DNA of 64,000 bases from Acidimicrobiales bacterium (GTDB taxonomy: Bacteria > Actinomycetota > Acidimicrobiia > Acidimicrobiales > SZUA-35): positions 4,988-68,987 of the forward strand of contig JBKECK010000054.1 in assembly GCA_047974625.1 (NCBI GenBank). The letters are read 5' to 3'. Under the pieces are notes generated by a model that saw nothing but the letters and a program-made list of their open reading frames with translations, was not told the origin of the DNA and made no database searches. This document shows, in pieces, positions 47,457 through 56,514 of the stretch. The translations under genes were made by a program, and so were the position numbers. How positions within the stretch are numbered: the first letter of the stretch is position 1; every line of letters starts with the position of its first letter.

Positions 47457-48635
47457 ATGACCCAATCCATGCGTGAAGCCGTGATCGTCGACGCCGTCCG
47501 GACCCCCGGCGGTCGGCGTAACGGCCAACTGGCCGATTGGCATCCGGTCGACCTGGCCGCCCACGTGCTGAAGGCCCTTCAGGAACGCAACAAACTCGAT
47601 CCCGAGATCGTCGACGACGTGATCATGGGTTGCGTGATGCAGGTCGGAGAGCAGGCCCTCAACATTGGCCGCAACGCCGTGCTGGCCGCCGGCTGGCCCG
47701 AGTCCGTCCCTGCCACCACCGTCGACCGTCAGTGCGGTTCCAGCCAGCAGGCCGTCCACTTCGGCGCCCAGGGCGTCATGGCCGGGGCTTACGACGTGGT
47801 CGTGGCCGCCGGGGTCGAGGTGATGACCCGGACCCCGATGGGCTCCAGCGTGGTCGAGGGCATGGGCTTCCCGTTCCCGGCCTCGATGCAGGAACGCTAC
47901 GCCGACACCGGCCTCCCGCCCCAGGGCATCGGGGCCGAGATGATCGCCGACGAGTACGGGTTCACCCGTGAGCAGCTGGACGCCTTCGGGGCCGAGAGCC
48001 AGCGTCGGGCCGCCCAGGCCACCGAGGAGGGCCGGTTCGAGAACGAGATCGTACCCGTGCCGGTGACCGTCGACGGCAAGACCACCACGGTCACCCGCGA
48101 CGAAGGCATCCGCGAGGGCACCACCGCCGAGACCCTGGCCAAGCTGAAGCCCGCGTTCAAGGAAGGCGGCAAGGTGACGGCCGGCAACTCGAGCCAGATC
48201 TCCGACGGCGCTTCGGCCGTGCTGATCATGAGCGCCGAGAAGGCGGCCGAGCTGGGCCTCAAGCCCCGGGCCCGCTTCCACAGCTTCGCCGTGGCCGGTA
48301 CGGACCCGGTGACCATGCTGAAAGGCCCGATCCCGGCCACCGGCAAGATCCTGGAGCGTTCTGGACTCACCATCGACGAGATCGACCTGTTCGAGGTCAA
48401 CGAGGCCTTCGCCCCGGTCGTCCTGGCCTGGCAGAAGGAGTACGGCGCTGATCTGGCCAAGACCAACGTCAACGGCGGCGCCATCGCTCTTGGGCATCCC
48501 CTTGGTTGCTCGGGCGCCAAGCTGATGGCCACACTCCTCAACGAGCTCGAGCGCACGGGCGGTCGCTACGGCCTCCAGACCATGTGCGAGGGCGGAGGTC
48601 TGGCCAACGCCACCATCATCGAGCGGCTCGACTGA
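47457..48635 (+). CDS. Acetyl-CoA C-acyltransferase (thiolase)
   Basis: VDRQCGSSQQAV (active-site Cys), NEAFA and NVNGGAIALGHPLGCSGA. Confidence 0.9.
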   Translation: MTQSMREAVIVDAVRTPGGRRNGQLADWHPVDLAAHVLKALQERNKLDPEIVDDVIMGCVMQVGEQALNIGRNAVLAAGWPESVPATTVDRQCGSSQQAVHFGAQGVMAGAYDVVVAAGVEVMTRTPMGSSVVEGMGFPFPASMQERYADTGLPPQGIGAEMIADEYGFTREQLDAFGAESQRRAAQATEEGRFENEIVPVPVTVDGKTTTVTRDEGIREGTTAETLAKLKPAFKEGGKVTAGNSSQISDGASAVLIMSAEKAAELGLKPRARFHSFAVAGTDPVTMLKGPIPATGKILERSGLTIDEIDLFEVNEAFAPVVLAWQKEYGADLAKTNVNGGAIALGHPLGCSGAKLMATLLNELERTGGRYGLQTMCEGGGLANATIIERLD

Positions 48636-48661
48636 GAGCCGGAACGGACCCAGCCCCTCCC

Positions 48662-49501
48662 ATGGCCGAACACACCGCCGATCACAGCGCCGATCACACC
48701 GCCGATCACAGCGCCGAGGAACGGGCCGCCGCCGCGGCCCGGACCTACGCCAACTTCGCCCCGGACGTCGAGCCCGGGCGGTTGGCGGCGTCGCTGGGGC
48801 GGCGGATGGGTCCGTTGGGTCACTTCGCCTACCAGACGGTGGGAGAGATGTGGGACCGGCCCGGGCTGAACCGGCGCGACCGGTCCCTGCTGGTCATCTC
48901 GTCGCTGGCCGCCCAGGCCCGTGACGAGGAGCTGGTGTTGCACACCCAGGTCGGGCTGCGGCATGGACTCACCCGGACCGAGATCGAGGAGATCCTCCCC
49001 CACGTGGCCGCTTACGCCGGGTTCCCGGCCGCGGTGGCCGCCAGCCGTCAGGTGGACGACGGGCTCCGGATCGCCGAGGGGACCGAGCGGCTCAGCGACC
49101 GTTCGGTTCCCCCGGTGGCATCCGACATGGACCGGGACGAAGCGGCCGCCGAGGTGGTGGCCACCATGCGGGGCCGGGAACCCCGCCGGCCCTCGGTTGA
49201 ACTCGACGCCTACCGGGCCCGGTTCGGCGGGGTGGGCGAGGTCGCCTTCCGGTGGGCGTTCGGGGAGATCTGGTCCCGCCCCTACCTCGATCGGCGGGAC
49301 CGGTCGGTGGTCGCCATCTCCATCATGGTCACGCTGGCCATGTCGAGGCAGCTCCACGACCACATCATCTTCGGGATCGAACACGGCCTGACCCCACCCG
49401 AGATCCGGGAGATCGTCACCCACCTGTCGCTCTACATCGGGATCCCCCGGGCCATGGAGGCCATGACCGTCGTCGACGACAGCCTGCCGCCGGCCAACTG
49501 A
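48662..49501 (+). CDS. Carboxymuconolactone decarboxylase (CMD/AhpD-like) family protein, two CMD domains
   Basis: From ORF 48506..49501, ATG 48662. Two copies of the pattern W.RP.L.RRDRS...IS......R..EL..H...GL.HGLT..EI.E...H...Y.G.P. Confidence 0.75.
   Translation: MAEHTADHSADHTADHSAEERAAAAARTYANFAPDVEPGRLAASLGRRMGPLGHFAYQTVGEMWDRPGLNRRDRSLLVISSLAAQARDEELVLHTQVGLRHGLTRTEIEEILPHVAAYAGFPAAVAASRQVDDGLRIAEGTERLSDRSVPPVASDMDRDEAAAEVVATMRGREPRRPSVELDAYRARFGGVGEVAFRWAFGEIWSRPYLDRRDRSVVAISIMVTLAMSRQLHDHIIFGIEHGLTPPEIREIVTHLSLYIGIPRAMEAMTVVDDSLPPAN
48671..48718. repeat. 24-bp in-frame tandem duplication (cacaccgccgatcacagcgccgat x2, last base differs)
   Basis: 48671-48694 versus 48695-48718. It encodes HTADHSAD-HTADHSAE at the N-terminus of the CMD protein. 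Confidence 0.9.
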
Positions 49502-49532
49502 CCCGGCCGGGGGTCACCGCCCCCCGGCCGGG
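49502..49532. terminator. Bidirectional GC hairpin between convergent genes
   Basis: CCCGGCCGGGGG (49502-49513) and CCCCCGGCCGGG (49521-49532) form a perfect 12-bp stem with a 7-nt loop. It fills the gap between the CMD stop (49501) and the cobT stop (49538). Confidence 0.6.
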
Positions 49533-49537
49533 TCCGG

Positions 49538-50590
49538 TCAGGCTCCGTCGCCGGTGGGCAGGTCGGCCATGGTGGTCAGCGCCCGGGCCGAGGCCTGGAG
49601 GATCGGGACGGCCAGGGCGGCCCCGGTCCCCTCCCCCAGCCGCAGGTCGAGATCCAGCAGGGGACGGAGGGCGAGGGCGTCGATGGCCACGCCGGCAGCC
49701 GGCTCGGTGGACCGGTGACCGATGAGGGCGCAGCCGGCCACCCCGGGTTCGAGACGGTCGGCCACGCACAAGGCGGCGCAGGCGATCACCCCGTCGACCA
49801 GGAACGGCACCCGTTGGTGGGCCGCCTCGGTGTAGAAGCCGGCCAGGGCGGCGATCTCCAGGCCGCCGAGCTCGGACAACAGCTCGATGGCCGTCGGGTC
49901 CGTCCCGTGGCCGGCCGCTCCCCGGGAGGCCCGGAACCGTTCGACGGCCGCCGCCACCAGCGCCCGTTTCGCGTCGAGACCCCCGGTCGGGGTACCGGCG
50001 CCCGGACCTGTGACCGCGGCGGGATCCGCCCCGGTGACCGCGGCGATGAGGGCGGCCGACGAGGTGGTGTTGCCGATGCCCATCTCTCCGCCGACCAGGC
50101 AGTCCGCCCCGGCCTCGATCTCGGCCCGGGCCCGTTCGACCCCGACCGCTACGGCCTCCGCCGCCTCGTCGCGGGTCATGGCCGGGCCTCGGGCGATCGA
50201 GTTCGTGCCCGCCCTGACCCGACGGGGAATCAGGTTGGTCCCGGCCGGCAGCCGGCCGGCGACGCCGACGTCCACCACGCTGACGTACGCCCCGACCGTG
50301 GTGGCGATGGCGTTGATGGCGGCCGCCCCCCGGCTGATCGTGTCCACCATGGCCACGGTGACCGCGGCCGGCCAGGCGCTCGCCCCGTCCTCCACCACCC
50401 CGTGGTCCCCGGCGAACACCACCACGGCCGGATGCTCCGGGACCGGTGGTGGGCACCGGCCGGCCAGGCCGGCCAGGTGGACGGCCACGTCCTCCATCAT
50501 CCCGAGGGATCCCGGTGGTTTCGCCCGGGTGGCCCACCGGCGGCGGGCCGCGGCCATGGCGGCCGGATCGAGACTCGGTGGCTGGGACAT
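49538..50590 (-). CDS. cobT: Nicotinate-nucleotide--dimethylbenzimidazole phosphoribosyltransferase
   Basis: From ORF 49538..50698(-), ATG 50590. KPPGSLG, VFAGDHGV, GEMGIGNTT and LDLDLRLGEGTGA. Confidence 0.9.
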   Translation of the reverse strand: MSQPPSLDPAAMAAARRRWATRAKPPGSLGMMEDVAVHLAGLAGRCPPPVPEHPAVVVFAGDHGVVEDGASAWPAAVTVAMVDTISRGAAAINAIATTVGAYVSVVDVGVAGRLPAGTNLIPRRVRAGTNSIARGPAMTRDEAAEAVAVGVERARAEIEAGADCLVGGEMGIGNTTSSAALIAAVTGADPAAVTGPGAGTPTGGLDAKRALVAAAVERFRASRGAAGHGTDPTAIELLSELGGLEIAALAGFYTEAAHQRVPFLVDGVIACAALCVADRLEPGVAGCALIGHRSTEPAAGVAIDALALRPLLDLDLRLGEGTGAALAVPILQASARALTTMADLPTGDGA

Positions 50591-50752
50591 CGGTGGTGCA
50601 CTCCTCGGCCCGATCCGCCGGTCGGTTCGTCGGGCCCTCGTGGAACGGCTGGTCCGGTCCGGGACGGGACCGCGCGGTCCGGTCCGGGATCGGGCCACCG
50701 ACAGTACCGGGGATCCGGGCGTCGGGCCGCCCTAACCCGGAACCGGTTCGGG

Positions 50753-51736
50753 TTACCGTCGGATCTGGGCCCGACCGGCCAGCCAGGCCGCGGCCAGGCC
50801 GGCCGTGATCAGCCATTCGATCCCGTCGGCGACGGTCACGGCTCGGCCCACGTCGGCGGGTTCCGGTCGGGGACCGGAGCCGAGGGTGGGCCGCTGTTCC
50901 ACCCGGTCGTCGTTGCGGAGCGGACCACCGAGGCGGCGACCCAACGATCCGGCCATGGCCGCCTCGGCTACCCCGGCGTTGGGTGATGGGTGGGCGGAGG
51001 CGTCGGCTCTCACGGCGGCGGCCACGGCTCCGGCCCGGCCCGGGACGGCCAGGGCGGTCAGCATCCCGACCAGCCGGGCCGGCACCAGGTTGGCCCCGTC
51101 GTCGAGGCGGGCCGACGCCCAGCCGAAGCGGGCGTAGCGGGGGGACCGGTGGCCCACCATGGCGTCCATGGTGTTGACGGCCCGGTAGGCCAGCGCTCCC
51201 GGGGCGCCGGCCACCAGCGCCCATACCACCGGGCCGGCCACACCGTCGACGGTGTTCTCGGCCACCGATTCGATCACCGCGGCGGCCACCCCGGAGGCGT
51301 CGAGCCGGGAGGGGTCCCGGCCGACCAGGGCGGGCAGCCGGGCCCGGGCGGCCGCCAGATCACCATCGGCCGCGCTCCGGCCGATCCCGCCGGCGGTGCG
51401 GCGCAGCTGGGCACCGGCGGCCGCCAACCCCACCGCCACCACGGTGGCCGCCGACGGTCCGAGGACGGCCCGCACCGCCAACCCGGTGGCGGCCCCCAGG
51501 CCGACCCCGGCCGCGGTGTAGAGGGCGCCGGGGCCGCGGCGGTCGGCCCACAGGGCGGACTCGACCCGGCCCATGGCCGTACCGAACCAGGCCACCGGGT
51601 GGATCCGGTTCGGAAACTCGGGCAGGACCCGGGAGGCCACCAGGCCCGCCGCCACCGCACCGGCCCGGCGGGCCGCGGCCGCCCCGATCGGTCCAGGCCG
51701 GGGGCGGACGCCGGGGCCGGGGCCGGTGGGCGTCAA
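50753..51736 (-). CDS. cobD: Adenosylcobinamide-phosphate synthase CobD/CbiB
   Basis: HPVAWFG, LVGRDPS.LD, ESVAENTVDGV, NTMDAMVGH, ARLDD and SPNAG. The TTG start overlaps the cobS stop; an internal GTG is the alternative. Confidence 0.85.
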   Translation of the reverse strand: MTPTGPGPGVRPRPGPIGAAAARRAGAVAAGLVASRVLPEFPNRIHPVAWFGTAMGRVESALWADRRGPGALYTAAGVGLGAATGLAVRAVLGPSAATVVAVGLAAAGAQLRRTAGGIGRSAADGDLAAARARLPALVGRDPSRLDASGVAAAVIESVAENTVDGVAGPVVWALVAGAPGALAYRAVNTMDAMVGHRSPRYARFGWASARLDDGANLVPARLVGMLTALAVPGRAGAVAAAVRADASAHPSPNAGVAEAAMAGSLGRRLGGPLRNDDRVEQRPTLGSGPRPEPADVGRAVTVADGIEWLITAGLAAAWLAGRAQIRR

Positions 51737-52443
51737 CGGATCCCTTCCGGTGCGGCCACCAGGGTGGCGACGGCCACCGTCTCCGAGATCACGATCAGGG
51801 CTCCGAGGACGTCACCGGTGAATCCCCCGATCCGCCGCCGGGCCAGGGCCACTACCCCGGCGGCGGCGAGGAGCACGGTGGCCAGGGCGGCCAGGCCCAT
51901 CCAGCCCGAGGTGACCACGAGCAGGCCCCCGGCGGGGATCAGCCACCAGGCCAGCCGGGTGCGTGCCCCCTCCAGGAAGCTGCTGGCCAACCCGGCGGTG
52001 CGGGCGTAAGGGACGGTGGCGGGCACCAGGGCGGCCATGGTCCGGCTGGCCATCCACACCCCGACCAGGGCCAGCGGGTCGATCCGGGGATCGGACAGCA
52101 TCGCCGCCCGCAGGCCGAGGACGAGCACCACGGTGACAAGGGCAAATGCCCCGATCCCAGGATCGGCCATGACGGCCAGGCGGCGTTCCCGTTTCATGTG
52201 GGGTAGGAGCCCGTCGGCTGAGTCGGCCAGGCCGTCGAGGTGGAGGGCCCCGGTTATGACGGCGTCGATGATCACCACCGTCACCCCGGCCGCGAACGGC
52301 AGCCACAGGAAGTGGGCCAGCCGGTAGGCGGCGGCGATGATGAACCCGATCATGGCCCCGACCACCGGGAACCAGGCCAGGGTGGACCGGTTGGGGGCCA
52401 GTCCCCGCCCGAACACGGTCAGGAACGCCACCGCGCTCATCAT
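51733..52443 (-). CDS. cobS: Adenosylcobinamide-GDP ribazoletransferase (cobalamin synthase)
   Basis: From ORF 51733..52815(-), ATG 52443 overlaps the cobU stop (ATGA). AFLTV, HLDGLADSADGL and GGFTGDVLGA. Confidence 0.9.
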   Translation of the reverse strand: MMSAVAFLTVFGRGLAPNRSTLAWFPVVGAMIGFIIAAAYRLAHFLWLPFAAGVTVVIIDAVITGALHLDGLADSADGLLPHMKRERRLAVMADPGIGAFALVTVVLVLGLRAAMLSDPRIDPLALVGVWMASRTMAALVPATVPYARTAGLASSFLEGARTRLAWWLIPAGGLLVVTSGWMGLAALATVLLAAAGVVALARRRIGGFTGDVLGALIVISETVAVATLVAAPEGIR

Positions 52444-52997
52444 CGGCCCGGCCCCGATCCGGCGGGGGGCGGGCCCAGCTCCAGGGCCCGGCCGGCCACC
52501 ACCAGCAGGGCCCGGGTGGCCACCGCGGCGACGGCCTGGTTCACCAGGCCGAGGGCGTCCACGTAACGGCGGCCGAGCTCGGTGGAGGGATGGACAGCCA
52601 GGCCGACCTCCTCGGTCACGAGCACGGTGGGGGCCAACCGGGCCGCCCGGGCCGTGAGGGCGGCCACCAGGGGGGCGGGGTCGGCGGTGAGGTCTGGGTG
52701 GCGGGTCACCCAGGTCCCGAGTGAATCGACCAGGACCGGCGCCGGTTCGGTGTCCGGTCCCGGCTGGAGCGCGGCCACGAGATCGTCGGGATGGTGGCAC
52801 TCGATCGTGGTCCACGACGCCGGCCGGCGAGCCCGGTGGGCGGCGATCCTGGCCCGGTGGTCGGCGTCGGCGGGGTCGACGGCGGCGGTGGCGACATAGG
52901 TGACGGGCCGGTTCGTCGCGGCCCCTGCCGCGGCGGCGAGCAGGTCGGCCACCGCCGACTTGCCCGAGCGGGTGCCCCCGAGGACGAGGGTGATCAC
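52440..52997 (-). CDS. cobU: Bifunctional adenosylcobinamide kinase / adenosylcobinamide-phosphate guanylyltransferase
   Basis: From ORF 52440..53624(-), GTG 52997 overlaps the cbiZ stop (GTGA). VLGGTRSGKSAVAD (P-loop), YVATA, HRARR and EEVGLAVHP. Confidence 0.85.
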   Translation of the reverse strand: MITLVLGGTRSGKSAVADLLAAAAGAATNRPVTYVATAAVDPADADHRARIAAHRARRPASWTTIECHHPDDLVAALQPGPDTEPAPVLVDSLGTWVTRHPDLTADPAPLVAALTARAARLAPTVLVTEEVGLAVHPSTELGRRYVDALGLVNQAVAAVATRALLVVAGRALELGPPPAGSGPGR

Positions 52998-53683
52998 AGG
53001 CCGGCCGTGACCGCGGTATGGGTGGCCTGGGCCAGGCGGGCCCCCCAGGGCGACCGCGGCCCGGTGAACCGTTCCCGTCGCCCCGGTTCGGGGCAGACGA
53101 CCAGCACGGCGTCGCTGGCCGTGCCGGTGCCGGGCACCCCGGCCTCGATAAGGGCCTGGGTCTTGGCCTCGGTCATGGTCATCACCGCGTTGACGAAGGC
53201 GCCGGCCTCGAGGCCGACGGGTAGTTGGGCGACCAGGTTGATGGTGCCCGGCCGGGGCGGTGACCCGCCGCCGGCCGGGTGCGGGGCGGGGTGGTCCGGT
53301 TCGATGGGGCCGTGCCACGGGTTCCAGTCCGACCAGCCACCGTCGGGGTCGGCGGCCCAGGTCGGTTTGGTGATTCCGACCGTGGCGTCCACCGTCACCC
53401 CGCCGGCGTCCCCCCGGCGCCGCCGGCTCACGTCGGCGGCGGTGAACAGGGCGACGCCCGGTCCGTCGAGGCCGAGTCGGAGGACCACCTCGGCGGCGTG
53501 GGCGGCCAGGTCGGTGCGGGCGTAGTCGAGGGGCACCCCCAGGTTGATCGCCCACCGGGGGCGGGCCCAGCCCCCGCCGACCGAGGCCGACGACAGCGCC
53601 CGGCCCGGTTCGGGCCAGTCCCACACCAGCACACCACGGTGATCGTTGGCCGGCGGCACCAGGCGGGGGCGGGAAGGTTCCAC
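52994..53683 (-). CDS. cbiZ: Adenosylcobinamide amidohydrolase CbiZ-like protein
   Basis: 229 aa. LSSASVGGGW....INLGV, TAADV, GTIN and NAVMTMTEAKTQAL...GTGTASD resemble CbiZ. Its position inside the cobamide operon supports the call. Confidence 0.65.
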   Translation of the reverse strand: MEPSRPRLVPPANDHRGVLVWDWPEPGRALSSASVGGGWARPRWAINLGVPLDYARTDLAAHAAEVVLRLGLDGPGVALFTAADVSRRRRGDAGGVTVDATVGITKPTWAADPDGGWSDWNPWHGPIEPDHPAPHPAGGGSPPRPGTINLVAQLPVGLEAGAFVNAVMTMTEAKTQALIEAGVPGTGTASDAVLVVCPEPGRRERFTGPRSPWGARLAQATHTAVTAGL

Positions 53684-53713
53684 GACCCGGGGATCATAGA
53701 CGGATCGTCGCGG

Positions 53714-54610
53714 TCAGCCGCACCGGTCGAGGGCGGTGGTGAGACGTCGGAGGCCGTCGGGCCCGGGCACGGCGATGCGGGCCACACCCGGGAGGCCGAA
53801 GCTGGCACAGTCGCGGACGAGGACCCCGTGAGGGGCGAGACGGGCCCGCAGCCCGGGTCGGTCGACGAGCACCCAGGGGGCGTCGGCCGCGGTCACCGCG
53901 AACCCCCGGGTGGTGAGGGCGGCCACCAGCTCGGCCCGGGCGTCGACCACCGCGGTCGACCACGCCCCCAGGTCGGCCGCCTCCACCAGGTCGACCAGGG
54001 CGGCCAGGGCCAGGGCGCCCACCGACCAGTGGGGTTGACGGCGGGCGAAACGGGTGACGTCGTCGGCGACCACGTACCCGAGGCGGAGGCCTGGGCAGGC
54101 GAACGTCTTGGTCAGGCTGCCGACGGTGACCCCCGGGCGTCCCGCCGTCCACGCCCCGGTGGAGAGGGGGTAGAAGGCCTCATCCCAGATCTGGGCGTCC
54201 AGGCCCCGAGGGGCCAGGGCCCCGCTGGGACTGTGGGGGTCGCTCCGCCACCGGGGCCCGTCGCCGGACCGCGGGTACAGGCCGAAGTCCGGTTCGGTCC
54301 ACGGTCCGCCGCCCAGTTCGGCGGCCACCAGGGCGATGGCCTCGGCGCCCCCGTTGGTGACCAGGAGCCGGTCGGCGTCGACCCCGAGCCGTTCGGCCAG
54401 GGCGCGGGTGGCCGGCCCGGGATCGGGGTAGCGGCCGACGGTGTCGAGGTGGCGGGCCACCACCGGGGTGGGGTCGGGGGCGAACGGGTTGAGGTTCTGG
54501 GACAGGTCGAGAAGGGCGGCGGGGTCGAGGCCGAGGGCCCGGGCCACCGCCGGGCCGTCACCCCCGTGACCACCGGGCGGGGGTACCCGAGGGGGACGGC
54601 GGTCCACCAT
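53714..54610 (-). CDS. cobC: Threonine-phosphate decarboxylase / CobC-type aminotransferase class I/II
   Basis: ORF 53714..54655(-). ATG 54610 places HGGD at aa 15-18, as in this family (alternative GTG 54655). LSQNLNPF, LVTNGGAEAI and GSLTKTFACPGLRLGY (PLP Lys). Confidence 0.75.
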   Translation of the reverse strand: MVDRRPPRVPPPGGHGGDGPAVARALGLDPAALLDLSQNLNPFAPDPTPVVARHLDTVGRYPDPGPATRALAERLGVDADRLLVTNGGAEAIALVAAELGGGPWTEPDFGLYPRSGDGPRWRSDPHSPSGALAPRGLDAQIWDEAFYPLSTGAWTAGRPGVTVGSLTKTFACPGLRLGYVVADDVTRFARRQPHWSVGALALAALVDLVEAADLGAWSTAVVDARAELVAALTTRGFAVTAADAPWVLVDRPGLRARLAPHGVLVRDCASFGLPGVARIAVPGPDGLRRLTTALDRCG

Positions 54611-54768
54611 CCCGATCGTCACCGGTCGGTTGTCGGTCAGGGGGGCCGGATCCACCCCGTCATGATGCCGGCCCGGTGATCGGCTGCGGTCCGAGCCACC
54701 ACTGGACTTGGTCCGCGGTGGGCGGCCCCCGTACGGTGCCCAGGGAACCGAGCGGGAGACGGGGGACC

Positions 54769-56505
54769 ATGGCTGAGCCGGTCGATCAGGACGTGACGGT
54801 GGCCGGGCGCTACCTGGAACGGTTGGAGGCCGGGGGGATCAGGCACCTGTTCGTGAACGCCGGCACCGACTTCGCTCCGATCGCCGAGGCCTACGCCCTC
54901 AACCGGGAGCAGGAGGGGCCGCCCCTCCCCTGCCCCGTGATCTGCACCCACGAGAACCTGGCCGTCGGGATGGCGCACGGGGCCTACCTCATGAGCGGAC
55001 GCCCCCAGGCCGTCATGTTTCATGTGAGCGTCGGGACGGCCAACGCGGTGTGCGGTATCACCAACGCGGCCCGCGATCAGGTGCCGCTGCTGGTAGCGGC
55101 CGGGCGGACCCCGATCCTCGAACAGGGCGCCCTCGGGGCCCGCGACACCAGCATCCACTGGGCGCAGGAGATGTTCGACCAGGCTGGCATGGTTCGCGAG
55201 CTGGTCAAATGGGACTACGAGCTGCGCGACGCCGGCCAGCTCGACCAGGTGGTCGACCGGGCCCTCGCCCTGGCCAGCAGTCACCCGCGCGGCCCCGTCT
55301 ACCTGTCGCTGCCCCGTGAGATCCTGGCCCGACCGGCGGCGAGCCCTCCCCTGTCAGGGGTGGGCACCGCGGTTCCCGCCGGGCCGCATCCCGATCCGGC
55401 CGCGGTGGCCGAGCTGGCCGACCGGCTTGCCGGGGCCCGTCTGCCCGTCATCCTCACCTCGGCCGCCGGGGCCGACCCGGCCGTCCCCGCCCTGCTGGCA
55501 GACCTGGCCGAACGGTTCGCCGTCGGCGTGGTGGAGGTGGCCCCGCGATATCTGAACCTGGCTGGTCCCGGGCCCGGGGTCGACGCCAGTGGCGCCCGGT
55601 CGCGGATGCACCTCGGCTACCAGGCCGACCGGGTCCTCGCCGCGGCCGATGTGGTGGTGGTGCTGGAGGCCGATGTGCCCTGGATGCCCACGCGCTCCGC
55701 CCCCGAGTCCGGGGCCTTCGTGGCCCAGGTCGGTGTCGACCCCCTCTACGCCCGGTATCCGATGCGCAGCCACCGGTCCGACCTGACCCTCACCGCGGCT
55801 CCCGCCGCCGCCCTGGCCGCGCTGACCGGGGCCCTCGAGGCGCGGGCGGCCGAGGTCGACCCGGGCCGGACCGACCGGGTCCGGGCCCGGGCCGACGCGG
55901 CCCGGGGTGCCTCCGACCGCCTTGCGGCCCGGGAACGGACCGCGTCGGGACCGATCACCAAGGCGTTCGCCTCGTTGACGCTCGGTGAACTGCTGGAGCC
56001 CGATGACGTGGTGATCAACGAGTACTGGGGTGCCCCAGGTTTGTTGGGCCGGTCACGGCCGGGCACCTACTTTTACCTACCCCCGTCCGGTGGGTTGGGT
56101 TGGGCCGTGCCGGCCGCCCTGGGGGCCCGCCTGGCGGCCCCCGACCGACGGGTCGTGGCCCTGGTGGGCGACGGCGCCTACCTGTTCGCCAACCCGGCGT
56201 CGTGCCATCACGCCGCGGCCAAGCACGACCTGCCCGTCCTGATCGTGGTGGCCAACAACGCCACTTGGGGGGCGGTTGACGCGGCCACCCGGAGCGTCTA
56301 CCCGGAGGGTCGGGCGGTCGCCGCCGATGACCACCGCCTGTCCGATCTGTCGCCATCCCCGGACTTCGCCGCCTACGCCCGGGCGTCGGGCGGGTTCGGC
56401 GTCACTGTCACCGACCGGGGTGATCTGGCCGCGGCCCTCGTCGCCGGGCTCGAGGCCGTCGACCAGGGGCGTCACGCCCTCATCGACGTGGCGTGCGTCG
56501 GCTGA
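54769..56505 (+). CDS. Thiamine-pyrophosphate-dependent enzyme (acetolactate-synthase large-subunit-like)
   Basis: From ORF 54676..56505, ATG 54769. GIRHLFVNAGTDFAPI, GTANAVCGITNAARD and GDGAYLF...NNATWG (TPP-binding motif). Confidence 0.85.
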   Translation: MAEPVDQDVTVAGRYLERLEAGGIRHLFVNAGTDFAPIAEAYALNREQEGPPLPCPVICTHENLAVGMAHGAYLMSGRPQAVMFHVSVGTANAVCGITNAARDQVPLLVAAGRTPILEQGALGARDTSIHWAQEMFDQAGMVRELVKWDYELRDAGQLDQVVDRALALASSHPRGPVYLSLPREILARPAASPPLSGVGTAVPAGPHPDPAAVAELADRLAGARLPVILTSAAGADPAVPALLADLAERFAVGVVEVAPRYLNLAGPGPGVDASGARSRMHLGYQADRVLAAADVVVVLEADVPWMPTRSAPESGAFVAQVGVDPLYARYPMRSHRSDLTLTAAPAAALAALTGALEARAAEVDPGRTDRVRARADAARGASDRLAARERTASGPITKAFASLTLGELLEPDDVVINEYWGAPGLLGRSRPGTYFYLPPSGGLGWAVPAALGARLAAPDRRVVALVGDGAYLFANPASCHHAAAKHDLPVLIVVANNATWGAVDAATRSVYPEGRAVAADDHRLSDLSPSPDFAAYARASGGFGVTVTDRGDLAAALVAGLEAVDQGRHALIDVACVG

Positions 56506-56514
56506 GGCCCCGGC

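Noticed and set aside
46803-48497. Upstream 560 codons of the 963-aa minus-strand ORF 45606..48497
   Set aside because: This part is antisense to the MarR and thiolase genes. The acyl-CoA dehydrogenase homology begins only at ATG 46802, which also has a TACAAT-N6 promoter geometry.
54656-54768. Cobalamin riboswitch upstream of the cobC operon
   Set aside because: The spacer is only ~110-160 nt. On the minus strand I could not find the GGTGA-A-TCC core, the CCCGCCACTGT segment or the B12 box. An Infernal/Rfam scan would be needed to settle this.
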